This document shows positions 9,188 through 18,986 of a stretch of DNA of 64,000 nt, in pieces. A program made the position numbers and the translations under genes. Each line of letters opens with the position of its first letter. The stretch's first letter is position 1. The DNA is taken from assembly GCA_965200245.1 (NCBI GenBank), contig CBDATS010000004.1:416001-480000 (forward strand), given 5' to 3'. The notes beneath the pieces are model-generated. The model searched no databases, was not told the origin of the DNA, and saw only the letters and a list, made by a program, of their open reading frames with translations. The DNA is from a bacterium. GTDB taxonomy: Bacteria > UBA8248.

Positions 9188-9661
9188 TCAGTAGGAAACC
9201 TTCTCTTCCATCTGCGCCCACAGATTAAAGGTTTCCAGTGCTTCATCTTTCAGGAGTCGAGTTGCTTCGAGCTTTCTTTCGCCAACCGGCAGGGAGATTT
9301 CCTTGTAGAGAAATTCATCGGAAAACCCGATTGCATCGGCTTCGACGATGGTGTTCCCGTAATACATTTTCTCGATTCTCGCCCAGTAAATGGCGCTCAG
9401 ACACATCGGGCACGGCTCGCAACTTGTGTATATCTCACAACCTGACAAATCGAAATTTTTCAGTTTCGCGCTCGCCGCCCGAATGGCGAGCATCTCGGCG
9501 TGAGCGGTGGGATCGCAAGAAGACGTCACCCGGTTCGCACCTTCGCCGATAATCTCACCGTGCTTGACGACAACGGACCCGAAGGGCCCGCCGTGCCCCT
9601 CCCTCACGTTCTGGGATGCGATCGCTATCGCCCTTCTCATGAAAGATTCCGAATTCGTCAT
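9188..9661 (-). CDS. guaD: Guanine/nucleoside deaminase (cytidine deaminase fold)
   Basis: GGPFG, DPTAHAE, SCEPCPMCLSAIYWA, GFSDEFLY. Confidence 0.85.
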   Translation of the reverse strand: MTNSESFMRRAIAIASQNVREGHGGPFGSVVVKHGEIIGEGANRVTSSCDPTAHAEMLAIRAASAKLKNFDLSGCEIYTSCEPCPMCLSAIYWARIEKMYYGNTIVEADAIGFSDEFLYKEISLPVGERKLEATRLLKDEALETFNLWAQMEEKVSY

Positions 9662-9862
9662 TTTTTCATCTCCCGGTTGTGCCCACCCATACGCTGTCGT
9701 TTTCTTCTCACCGCGGTTTCGGTTTTCCCGGCATCCGTTCCATTATAGCTTGCTTTTTCGGATAGTTTACATTCATTTTGTAAACTCTCCTTTCATAGTT
9801 CCAAAGGGAGCCTGTAGCAAAAGAGACGCCACTGCGTAAAATCCAAAACCGAAAAGGAAGAG

Positions 9863-10768
9863 ATGATGAAAATCGGATTTATCGGACTGGGAAAAATGGG
9901 AGCCGGCATGGCGGCCAACCTCCAGAGGGCGGGCTATGAACTCATCGTCCACGATATCGTGCGTGATGCGGCGGTGGAGCACATCAAGCGCGGCGCGCTG
10001 TGGGCAGAGACCCCCGCAGAGATGGCTCGCGCGTGTGAAATCATCTTCACTTCTCTGCCCGGTCCCACAGAAGTCGAGAACGTAGCCACGGGGCCGAACG
10101 GAATTCTCGAGGGCATCGGCGCACGAAAAGTCTACATCGACCTGAGCACGGGATACCCCGCAATCATCCGCAGAATTCATGAGAAATTCACGGAAACAGG
10201 CGCACACATGCTCGATGCCCCCGTAAGCGGCTCCACCATAGGCGCGAACACGGGGCGCCTGGCCATTATGGTGGGGGGTGAGGAGGAGGTTTTTGAACGC
10301 TGCAAGCCCCTTTTCGATGCCATCGGCGATCAGCCTACCTACACCGGACCGGTCGGAACGGGCACCGTGTGCAAACTCGCGCACAACTGCCTGGGCTACG
10401 GCATTCAGGCCATTGCGGCGGAGTGCTACTCCCTCGGCGTCAAGGCGGGCGCAGCTCCCGAGGTTTTGGCTGAAACTATTCGAAACGGGGCGGTAGGTAG
10501 AGGAGTGCACTTCCACTACATCTTCCCCGACACTTTCTTCAAAGGAAAATTCGACGATCCCCACTTTCCCATCAAGGGCGCGGTGAAAGACGTGAGCCTC
10601 GCGCTCCAGCTCGCTCGTGAGCACGACGTGCCCATGACGATAGGAAACATCGCCCACGGGGAGCTCGTCACGGGCTTGAACCGCGGCTGGGGAGAGGATG
10701 ACGCGAGGCGTGCCATGACGCTACAGGAAGAGCGGGCGGGCGGTGTAAAGATGAGAATTTCAGAATAG
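9863..10768 (+). CDS. NAD(P)-dependent beta-hydroxyacid dehydrogenase (3-hydroxyisobutyrate dehydrogenase family)
   Basis: IGFIGLGKMG, DAPVSG, CKLAHN, KDVSLA. Confidence 0.9.
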   Translation: MMKIGFIGLGKMGAGMAANLQRAGYELIVHDIVRDAAVEHIKRGALWAETPAEMARACEIIFTSLPGPTEVENVATGPNGILEGIGARKVYIDLSTGYPAIIRRIHEKFTETGAHMLDAPVSGSTIGANTGRLAIMVGGEEEVFERCKPLFDAIGDQPTYTGPVGTGTVCKLAHNCLGYGIQAIAAECYSLGVKAGAAPEVLAETIRNGAVGRGVHFHYIFPDTFFKGKFDDPHFPIKGAVKDVSLALQLAREHDVPMTIGNIAHGELVTGLNRGWGEDDARRAMTLQEERAGGVKMRISE

Positions 10769-10780
10769 GAGATAATTCAA

Positions 10781-11791
10781 GTGAAACACGGAATCGCCAT
10801 GCTGCCCCCTGCGCCTGATACCTACGCGCACTGGTGCCGACTCTCCGAGGAAGCAGGTTTTGACGTTATCTGGGTGCCGGACTCGCAGTCCCTCTACCGG
10901 GAACTTTACGTCTCATGCACTATCTGTGCGGCGAACACCACACGCGTCCTCCTCGGGCCGAACGTCACCAATCCGATGACGCGACACCCAGCGACGGCGG
11001 CGAGTGCCATTGCCACAGTGGACGAATTTTCAGGCGGCCGTGCGCTGTTCGGTATCGCGACAGGCGATAGCGCCGTCTTGAACCTGGGTCTACGCCCCGG
11101 TCGTGTGGACGAGATGCGCGATTACGTGCTCGCCATGCGCGGGATGCTCGAAGAGGGAATTGCCCATTACCAGGGAAAACCCTGCACCCTTAAGTGGCAT
11201 CAAAAGCGCATCCCGCTTTACATCGCCGCCGAGGGACCGCGCACCATCCGCCTGGCAGGCGAGATTGCAGACGGCGTCACCATCGGCACTGGCCTTACAC
11301 CTGAGGTGGTGGCGGACTCCCTCACCTGGCTGGAGGAAGGCGCGAGAAAATCGGGTCGAAAGCTGGACGATATCGACATCTGGTGGCTCGCCAAGGTGAA
11401 TGTGCTGGCAGACGGCGAGAGCGCCCGCGAGGAGATTCGCATGGCGTTGGCCGCGAGTGCGCACCATGCCTTTCGTTTCACTCTGGAGGACAAGCGGGTG
11501 CCTTGGGATCTTCGCTCCGCCGTCGAAACCCTCAAAAAGGAATATGCCTTTCATGAGCACGAGATGGTGGACAAGCAGACGAACGCCGAACTCGTGGACA
11601 GGCTCGGCCTTCGCGAATACCTGCTCGATCGCTTCGCCATCGCAGGCGACGCTGCGGAATGCGTGCAACGGCTCCACGAACTCGAAGCGACGGGTGTCGG
11701 GGCCTTGAGAATTGCCGCCCACGTGCACGACAAACCCGCATTTATCCGGACATGGGGCCGCGAGATAATCGGCGCAACCAAACAACCATAG
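10781..11791 (+). CDS. LLM-class (Mer-like), probably F420-dependent oxidoreductase, paralog 1
   Basis: WVPDSQ, VTNPMTRHP, GIATGDSA, AAEGPRT..LAGEIADG. Confidence 0.88.
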   Translation: MKHGIAMLPPAPDTYAHWCRLSEEAGFDVIWVPDSQSLYRELYVSCTICAANTTRVLLGPNVTNPMTRHPATAASAIATVDEFSGGRALFGIATGDSAVLNLGLRPGRVDEMRDYVLAMRGMLEEGIAHYQGKPCTLKWHQKRIPLYIAAEGPRTIRLAGEIADGVTIGTGLTPEVVADSLTWLEEGARKSGRKLDDIDIWWLAKVNVLADGESAREEIRMALAASAHHAFRFTLEDKRVPWDLRSAVETLKKEYAFHEHEMVDKQTNAELVDRLGLREYLLDRFAIAGDAAECVQRLHELEATGVGALRIAAHVHDKPAFIRTWGREIIGATKQP

Positions 11792-11802
11792 AGGACGCCT
11801 TT

Positions 11803-12804
11803 ATGAGACACGGTATTTCGTTCAGACCGCCCGATACGGATTCGTTCTCCCGCTGGTGTAAGTGCGCGGAAAAACTCGGCTTCGATGCGGTGTTCATACC
11901 CGACACACAATCCCTCTACCGGGAAGTCTACGTCTCATGCGCGATATGCGCGATGGAGACGAGCGAGATCATATTCGGCCCGTGCGTCACGAATCCCGTC
12001 ACGCGCCATCCGGCGGTGGCTGCGAGTGCCATCGGCACCATCAGCGAGCTATCGGGCGGGCGCGCCTTCTGGGGAATCGCCACGGGTGACAGCGCGGTGT
12101 TGAACTTGGGGTTACGACCCGCGAAACTTGCCGAGATGCGCGAATACATTCTCGCGGTACGGGGGATGCTCGAAGAAGGAAGCACCGAGTACAAGGGGAG
12201 GCCCAACCGGCTGAGCTGGCATAATTCCCACATTCCGATTCACATCGCTGCAGAAGGCCCCAAGACGCTGCGCCTGGCAAGCGAGGTGGCAGATGGCGTC
12301 ATTATCGGAACAGGCCTCATTCCCGAAGTCATCGCTGACACGCTCTCCTTCATCGACGAGGGTGCCAGGAAGTCCGGTCGAAGGGTGGAGGATCTGGACC
12401 TCTGGTGGCTGGTAGACGCCCACGTGGATGCGGACGGCGAGCGCGCCCGCGAGGACATCCGCACCGCTCTCGCCGCAAGCGCGCATCACTCGTTCGCCTT
12501 CACGATGGAGAACAAGCGAGTCCCCAAAAAACTCGAGGCTGGCATCCGCGCGCTGAGAGATGGATACCAAACCTCCGAGCACGGCTTTATAGACAAATCG
12601 AACAACGCTGCGCTCGTGGACGAATTCGGCCTCAGGGAATATCTGGCAGAACGGTTTGCCATCGTCGGCACGCCCGGAGAATGCCGAAAGAGGATCGAAT
12701 ATTTGGAGAACCTGGGCGTCAAGGGGCTTCGCATCAACAACAACCTGCCCGACAGGACGGCCTTCATGAACACCTGGGCCATGGAGGTGAGAGGAATCGA
12801 ATGA
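11803..12804 (+). CDS. LLM-class (Mer-like), probably F420-dependent oxidoreductase, paralog 2
   Basis: FIPDTQ, VTNPVTRHP, GIATGDSA, AAEGPKT; RBS GAGGA; colinear with paralog 1. Confidence 0.88.
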   Translation: MRHGISFRPPDTDSFSRWCKCAEKLGFDAVFIPDTQSLYREVYVSCAICAMETSEIIFGPCVTNPVTRHPAVAASAIGTISELSGGRAFWGIATGDSAVLNLGLRPAKLAEMREYILAVRGMLEEGSTEYKGRPNRLSWHNSHIPIHIAAEGPKTLRLASEVADGVIIGTGLIPEVIADTLSFIDEGARKSGRRVEDLDLWWLVDAHVDADGERAREDIRTALAASAHHSFAFTMENKRVPKKLEAGIRALRDGYQTSEHGFIDKSNNAALVDEFGLREYLAERFAIVGTPGECRKRIEYLENLGVKGLRINNNLPDRTAFMNTWAMEVRGIE

Positions 12805-12879
12805 GTATCGACACCCAAGCGATGCGAAAAGGCAACACCCGATTCATGAGCAATCGTAATTTACCTATAGAGATAGAAC

Positions 12880-13333
12880 CCCTCGATTCGAGTGCGGCTC
12901 ATGAATCTTATAATCCCGTCAACTCCTCATATTTTGAGAGTTGCGCATCAGACATATGGAATTCCTTCATCTCAGCATAGGTTGCGGTTGTAAAATGCAT
13001 TGCATCCGCAGGCTACAAACTCCATCTCCGAGAGATACCTTTCTCTCATGAGACGCCTGGAATCTCGTTGTAAACGCTCATGCACTTCCACCAAGGTAAC
13101 GGCACGGCGATCCATCCACATCGAATCTATCTTGGCTTCAAGCACAGGGTTCCTGTGCCTGCCCCTTTCTATGGTGTCATACGCCACCTCGGCAATCGAC
13201 CACATGGATGTTACTATTTGACACTCACCTTGACGCGATTCTGACACTAACGCATTCAGGATGGGCAACCTGCTCTCTGCACATCGATATAAGGCAGAGA
13301 AACATCGGCATCCCAATAGTAAGTATCAGCCAT
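12880..13333 (-). pseudogene. Frameshifted PIN/VapC-like toxin gene
   Basis: MADTYYWDADV / ...IVTSMWSIAEVA... / WSL*PADAMHFTTA..EFHMSD; PIN acidic motifs spread over successive frame segments; start overlaps the upstream stop. Confidence 0.7.
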
Positions 13334-14096
13334 CACGCAACCGCCTAATCGTGACTTCTGGCAATTCCGCGTCTGGCTTCAACAGCAGAATTGCGCGCGC
13401 CTTCGTGTAGTCTCCTTCCTCCGAAATTGGTGTGATTTTACTGACTTGCCGAACTGCTATCGGGTGCCCATCGGCCGGGTTGCGATTCACCAGTCCTTCC
13501 ACGATAGCGTGTTTTCCCCAAACTTCCCTCATAATATCCTCTTGGCCTGATTGCAAATAACACGACACCGGCCGGTCAGCCAGAACGTCATAGAGGGTGA
13601 ATCGCAAAACGTTTCGCTTTGTTAATGTCTGGACTTCCCCCTCTACCGCGCCAAAAGCTACGGCCTTTACATTTCCGGGCAGATTTAAACTATTTTTCGC
13701 CGCCCTCGGCTTTCCTCCAGGAGGATTATTCAAGATTACCGTTTCCTCTTGCGTCTCGAACCGGATTCGTTTGACGCCATTTCCAACCAAGCGTCCAAGT
13801 TCCATCGCTGGGCGGGAAATTTTCCGTCCACGACCAATCTGGACATTCTCGCTAAGCGCTCTGCCAACGTCATTGTATCCACGTACTACCCGTTCGACCC
13901 TTTCCGATTGAGGGCTAGACCCTGTAATGGTCACCAATGCGCTCCCAGGCTGCAGGTCTTCGATCCGCCACTCGATACCATCCCCTTCCTCTGCTGTTAG
14001 CGCATGAACGAGGCTATGCAGTGATTTTACTGCGGTAGCGAAAGTCTCAAAGGTGACATCGCCTTCCAGCACCAGTGTAATCGTGTCAGGAGCCAT
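13326..14096 (-). CDS. Hypothetical protein (256 aa), putative partner or antitoxin of the PIN gene
   Basis: Intact ORF in an AT-richer patch, translationally coupled to the PIN remnant. Confidence 0.7.
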   Translation of the reverse strand: MAPDTITLVLEGDVTFETFATAVKSLHSLVHALTAEEGDGIEWRIEDLQPGSALVTITGSSPQSERVERVVRGYNDVGRALSENVQIGRGRKISRPAMELGRLVGNGVKRIRFETQEETVILNNPPGGKPRAAKNSLNLPGNVKAVAFGAVEGEVQTLTKRNVLRFTLYDVLADRPVSCYLQSGQEDIMREVWGKHAIVEGLVNRNPADGHPIAVRQVSKITPISEEGDYTKARAILLLKPDAELPEVTIRRLRDG

Positions 14097-14370
14097 TACT
14101 CGCCCCCATATTGGGTTTCCAGAGGATATGGAATGGATGGATATCCTAACCAGATATCAATATGCCTAAGCCCAAGGTTTTGAAATTGGCGGATCAATTA
14201 CTCAGTTCAGCCTAAAACAACCCCAAAATACAACACTGATTCGAGAAGCGGATGGAGTTGTCGCTGCAAAAACTCCCTATTCCCTTAGGCAAAACCTTCA
14301 GTTAGAATAGCACAAATGCTCGAAAAAATGAATTTGGCCTTCCCGAAAAACCTCGCAAAGGAGGGTGGAC

Positions 14371-14925
14371 ATGAGCGAAATGACGAAGGAGAAACAAAGG
14401 ATTCTCGTCTATGAGCCTGTGGCGGAGGCTTCGGGAGAGAACGCGGCCATGGCTACGCGGCCCGAGAGCCTGAACGGCAAAAGCGTCGGCCTCATCAACA
14501 ATACAAAGGATTTTACGGAAGAGATTTTCGATGTGATGGGTGCCGTGCTTGAAGAACAGTTTCCGGGTGTGCGAGTCGTACGCTACAGGAAGGAATCCGT
14601 GAGCGGTGCATCGCCCTCCCTCATGGAGCAGGTGGAGGGAGAGTGCGACGCTGTGGTCTCTGCGCTCGGCGACTGAGGCTCGTGCACATCGTGGAGTATC
14701 CACGACAGTGTCGCCTTCGAGAAAAGAGGGCTCCCCACGGTCACCATCGTCACCGACGCATTCGAGAACTACGCGAGGCAGCTTACCAGGCTCCACAAGA
14801 TGCGCGATCTTCCGCTCGTTACCCTCCCCCACCCCATTGCGGGCAGAAAGCGCGAGGAAGTGGATGCAATGTCCGCGAAGGCGAGCCCATATCTGATACC
14901 CGCCCTCACGCAGGCGAGCGGCTGA
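14371..14925 (+). CDS. UGSC-family selenoprotein (184 aa, Sec at codon 102, UxxC)
   Basis: RBS AAGGAGG; DAVVSALGD-TGA(14674-14676)-GSCTSWSIHDSVAFEKRGLPTV... open to TGA 14923-14925. Confidence 0.92.
14677..14715 (+). promoter_or_regulatory. SECIS-like hairpin 2
   Basis: GGC..CAC a TCGTGGA gta TCCACGA ca GTG..GCC directly 3' of the TGA. Confidence 0.78.
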
Positions 14926-14932
14926 TTTTTCC

Positions 14933-16033
14933 ATGAGTGAACCAAAGCACGCCCGCCAGATTGCACTTGATGAAGACACAGGAACAATATTCGACCATTT
15001 CTACGAGGAGGGTTGGACGGACGGGCTTCCCATCATCCCGCCGACCGAGGAACGCGTCGCTGAAACCATGCGTTTCACGGATTACGCGCCGCACGATGTC
15101 ATCGCCCACATTCCACCCAGAAACGCACCCGCGACAGTAGAACTCATCGCCATCAACGCCGTGATGGCGGGCTGCAGGCCAGAATACCTGCCCGTGCTTA
15201 TCACTGCGGTGCAGGCCATGACGGAGCCGGCTTATAACCTTTACGGTCGCCAGACGACCACCCATCCGGGTGCGCACATGATGATCGTCCACGGGCCGAT
15301 GAGAAACGAACTTGAGGTCAACTGCCGCCAGAACGTGTTCGGCCAAGGCCAGCGCGCGAACGCGACGCTTGGCCGCGGGGTGAGGCTCCTGATGATGAAC
15401 GTGGGCGGCGGCATCCCCGGTGTGACGGACATGGCCACCCACGGGCATCCTGGAAAATATTCCTACACCATCGGCGAGGATGAGGAAGGAAGCCCCTGGC
15501 CACCCTTTCACACGGGCAGGGGCCTAGCACCCGGGACTTCCGCCGTCACCATGCTCTGCGCCGAATCGCCCCACAACGTGAACGACCTCGTGAGCAAGAC
15601 ACCCCACAAATACCTGGGCACGGCGGCTTCAGCCATGAGCCACCTAGGTGCCAACGGCGTCTACCGAAGCGGGCTTCCAGGCGAGCAGATGCTGGTGCTG
15701 ACCGCCGAAGCTGCTAACTGGCTTTCGGATCAAGGGTGGACGAAGGCCGACGTATCCCAATTCATCTTCGAGAATGCGCGCCAGCCGATTCGCCTCATGC
15801 GAGACCGCGGCGGCTTCGGCATGACACCGCTCGCCCCTTTTGTGAATCTAGAAGAAGACGAGGAGATGGCCCCCATTGTCCCCAGCCCCGGAGGCATCCT
15901 CATCGTCATCGCAGGCGGTCATGGTCGCCACATGCAGGCCGTTCTCACGGCGAGCTACAACCTGAGCGTCACCAAAGCCGTCACCCGCAAAGACGGAACG
16001 CCGATTAAGTCCATGCGGGAGTTCGTGGAGTGA
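14933..16033 (+). CDS. Uncharacterised partner of the UGSC protein (DGLPxxPPT family)
   Basis: GWTDGLPIIPPTEERV, AINAVMAGC.P, RANATLGR, DMATHGHPGKY, EEGSPW; 7 nt after the UGSC stop. Confidence 0.85.
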   Translation: MSEPKHARQIALDEDTGTIFDHFYEEGWTDGLPIIPPTEERVAETMRFTDYAPHDVIAHIPPRNAPATVELIAINAVMAGCRPEYLPVLITAVQAMTEPAYNLYGRQTTTHPGAHMMIVHGPMRNELEVNCRQNVFGQGQRANATLGRGVRLLMMNVGGGIPGVTDMATHGHPGKYSYTIGEDEEGSPWPPFHTGRGLAPGTSAVTMLCAESPHNVNDLVSKTPHKYLGTAASAMSHLGANGVYRSGLPGEQMLVLTAEAANWLSDQGWTKADVSQFIFENARQPIRLMRDRGGFGMTPLAPFVNLEEDEEMAPIVPSPGGILIVIAGGHGRHMQAVLTASYNLSVTKAVTRKDGTPIKSMREFVE

Positions 16034-16069
16034 GGGGGATTACCAGATACCCAAGATATATGAATACCT

Positions 16070-16559
16070 ATGAATCTCTGCCAGATTTTCTTCCGAACCC
16101 ATAACCACCCGCGAACCCGGCTCCCAAGCCTTATAAATCCGTCAAAACAGGTGTTATGAGTTCTTTCGCTCCGAATGTTAAAAACAGCCACGACAAACCG
16201 AAACAAGCCAGCAAAGCGATTACCAAAACCGCAAAACCAAACCATTGACTACGTTTTTGGGGCTTTGTTTGAGAGGCCAATTTCTCTTTGGCGAACTAAA
16301 ACTCGTTCTCATTCCTTTTGCGTGCTCTTTCCAAACCGCTTTTCATGAGATCGTGTCGATCCTGCGGGCTTCAATCTCGCAATATCTCCGGATTAGCCCA
16401 AGGAGGCCCCTGATGTTCAGTGAATCGCAATCCGGGAATGTTTTGAGCCTGAGATATTTCTGCTACAGGATCGGGGTTGGATGGCATCAAGATTCCGGGG
16501 TCTTTGGAAGACTCGTCCGTTTTTTCGGCATCCATGTTTTCAGAGTCGGAATCGGTCAC
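16070..16559 (-). pseudogene. Decayed membrane protein gene (DUF2335-like)
   Basis: Fragments HQGPPWANPEILRD* and SQWFGFAVLVIALLACFGLSWLFL..*GLGAGFAGGYGFGRK broken by stops or frameshifts; AT-rich. Confidence 0.35.
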
Positions 16560-16881
16560 TCACTTCCCTTTCGAATTTGGACACTTCATCAAATGCATAC
16601 ACATCGAACTCGGACTCTGTATCCAGAATGGCTCCGCTCGCCTGCATGGATTCCGAAAAAGCCGCCCAAAGATGATATAGAGCCAATGTGTGCACTTCAT
16701 TTTGGATGGGGTCGTTCTCGCCCAGTTTTCTTTCGAATTCTGAACATAGTTTCTGCAATCTGTTGAGGCTTTCTTCCATCTCATTCAGCGAAGGTCGTCT
16801 TGAGGTTGGATAAAAACGACTGCCGAACATTTCACACTCCTGTATGATTTTTCTTGCCAGATAAACACAGCCTGTATCCAA
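16540..16881 (-). CDS. Hypothetical protein
   Basis: 113-aa ORF in an AT-rich patch; no motif recognised. Confidence 0.35.
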   Translation of the reverse strand: MDTGCVYLARKIIQECEMFGSRFYPTSRRPSLNEMEESLNRLQKLCSEFERKLGENDPIQNEVHTLALYHLWAAFSESMQASGAILDTESEFDVYAFDEVSKFEREVSDRFRL

Positions 16882-17570
16882 AATTTAAAATTAACCAGAA
16901 AGCTCTCCCCTATACATCCACGTTCATACGGAACTGGCCTGCGAGATGAGTGATGAACTTACCTGCGGCATCGCCGCTCTTCCAGCCGCGTGTATCCTCA
17001 GGGAGGGTTATAGTGAGTGAGGCCCTGGAGCCATGATGTGCAATTGCGGGAAAATGCGCACCTGGGCGAAAATCACGCCCCTTGGAAAAAAAAACGCGGG
17101 GCAATCTCTGGCCGCACGTTGACCGCGCCCTTGACTACCTGTAAACCCGTCCGTGAAAAACGATTCAAGTGAAGGCATAGTGTTCGAAATGTTCCTTTTG
17201 GAACCGAGCGCACACTACACACCCCGCATTTCCAGTGATAGGATATGGATTAGCTCATCCAACGCCCAGGATAGTTCTGGAGACGATTGGGGGGTTTCCC
17301 CCGCGAGGAATCCCTGTTTTCCTTGACTGAATAACTGGTTCCGCGCCCTTCGCGGCGCGAAACCATGCAAAGCAGATTGGTGCACGCGTCGGTTCATTAC
17401 GAATATGAAGCCCGAAGAAGTCGGATAAACTTCAACCGGGCACGGCGGGTCAGATGAAATTCCGCCCGCATCTTGAGGACAGCACCTGGTTCGGTGAGCG
17501 GATTATGCCGCAAACCAGAACAAAAACATTTCTCCGATTTTGCTCCAATTTTCAAAGGAGGTTCAAAAAG

Positions 17571-18860
17571 ATGAAACGCTTTGTGTTGGTCCTTTGGGCC
17601 GCGGCGATCATCCTGGCGCCGGGGGCCGCATTCGCGGCCCAGGCTCAGAAGATCGATACCGGAAACACAGCCTGGATTCTGACGTCGACCGCGCTCGTGC
17701 TGTTCATGACGCTTCCGGGCCTCTCGCTGTTCTATGGCGGTCTCGTGCGCGCAAAGAACGTACTCTCCGTGCTGATGCAGTGCTTCGCCATCGCCTGCGC
17801 GGTGTCGATCGTCTGGCTCGTCGTCGGCTACAGTCTCGTGTTCGAGTCGGGTAACGCCTTCATCGGCGGGCTGGGCAAGGCGTTCTTCGCGGGCGTGGGT
17901 GTGGAGTCGCTCTCGGGCAACATTCCCGAGACGGTTTTCGCCATGTTCCAACTCACCTTCGCCATCATCACGCCGGCCCTTATCGTGGGCAGCTTTGCCG
18001 AGCGGATGCGGTTCTCGGCCCTGTTCATCTTCTCCATCGCGTGGGTCATCCTCGTCTACGCGCCAGTGGCCCATTGGGTGTGGGGCGGCGGATGGCTCGG
18101 CGAGATGGGTGCGCTCGATTTCGCGGGCGGCACCGTGGTGCACATCAACTCAGGCATTGCGGCTCTGGTGGCCGCCATCCTCATCGGCCCGAGGCACGGC
18201 TTTCCCACGACGGCCATGCTGCCTCATAACCTGCCTATGGCAGTGACGGGTGCGGGTATCCTTTGGGTCGGCTGGTTCGGCTTCAACGCGGGTAGTGCAC
18301 TGGCAGCCGACGGCGCGGCGGGAATGGCCATGCTCGTGACCCACATGTCCTCGGCAGCGGGCGCGCTCGCCTGGATGTTCGCCGAGTGGATCAAGCACGG
18401 CAAGGCGAGCGTACTCGGCATCGTGACGGGCATGGTGGCGGGTCTAGTCGGCATTACGCCGGCCTCCGGCTTTGTGGGCCCTGTGGGCGCGCTGCTGCTC
18501 GGCGCGATAGCGGGCATTGGTTGCTTTGCAGCCACCAATTACATGAAACAGGTGCTCAAGATTGACGACTCGCTCGACGTGTTCACCGTGCACGGCGTGG
18601 GCGGCATCATTGGCGCGATACTGACCGGCGTGTTCGTCGCCAAGGGATTCGGCGGCGTCGGCCTTGCCGAGGGTGTTGGCATGGGCAAACAGGTTTGGAT
18701 CCAGTTTGTGAGCGTCATTGCCACGCTCGTCTATTCGGGCGTCGTCTCCTTCATCCTGTTCAAAATCGTGGACGCAATGGTGGGCCTGCGGGCCGACGCC
18801 AACGAGGAATCGGGCGGCCTTGACCTCATGATGCACAACGAATCAGCCTATGAACGCTAG
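17571..18860 (+). CDS. amtB: Ammonium transporter AmtB
   Basis: Signal peptide; LVLFMTLPGL, FQLTFAIIT, DFAGGTVVH, WFGFNAGS, DDSLDVFTVHG; RBS AAGGAGG. Confidence 0.97.
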   Translation: MKRFVLVLWAAAIILAPGAAFAAQAQKIDTGNTAWILTSTALVLFMTLPGLSLFYGGLVRAKNVLSVLMQCFAIACAVSIVWLVVGYSLVFESGNAFIGGLGKAFFAGVGVESLSGNIPETVFAMFQLTFAIITPALIVGSFAERMRFSALFIFSIAWVILVYAPVAHWVWGGGWLGEMGALDFAGGTVVHINSGIAALVAAILIGPRHGFPTTAMLPHNLPMAVTGAGILWVGWFGFNAGSALAADGAAGMAMLVTHMSSAAGALAWMFAEWIKHGKASVLGIVTGMVAGLVGITPASGFVGPVGALLLGAIAGIGCFAATNYMKQVLKIDDSLDVFTVHGVGGIIGAILTGVFVAKGFGGVGLAEGVGMGKQVWIQFVSVIATLVYSGVVSFILFKIVDAMVGLRADANEESGGLDLMMHNESAYER

Positions 18861-18876
18861 GCCGCAAAGCGAGTAT

Positions 18877-18900
18877 ACCCCGGGGCCTCGGCCCCGGGGT
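18877..18900. terminator. GC-rich hairpin between convergent amtB and cyclase genes
   Basis: ACCCCGGGGC ctcg GCCCCGGGGT, perfect 10-bp stem; no clear U-tract. Confidence 0.45.
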
Positions 18901-18986
18901 CGCGCACTCCTGCGAAAGCAAAGCTTTCCCGGGCAGGGAACGCAAGTAGAACACTCTGCAACTTCGATTGAAAAGATGATTCCAGC

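Noticed and set aside
17365-17390. NtrC site or sigma54 promoter upstream of amtB
   Set aside because: Only a TGGTGCA half-site; spacing does not fit and no -24/-12 motif was found
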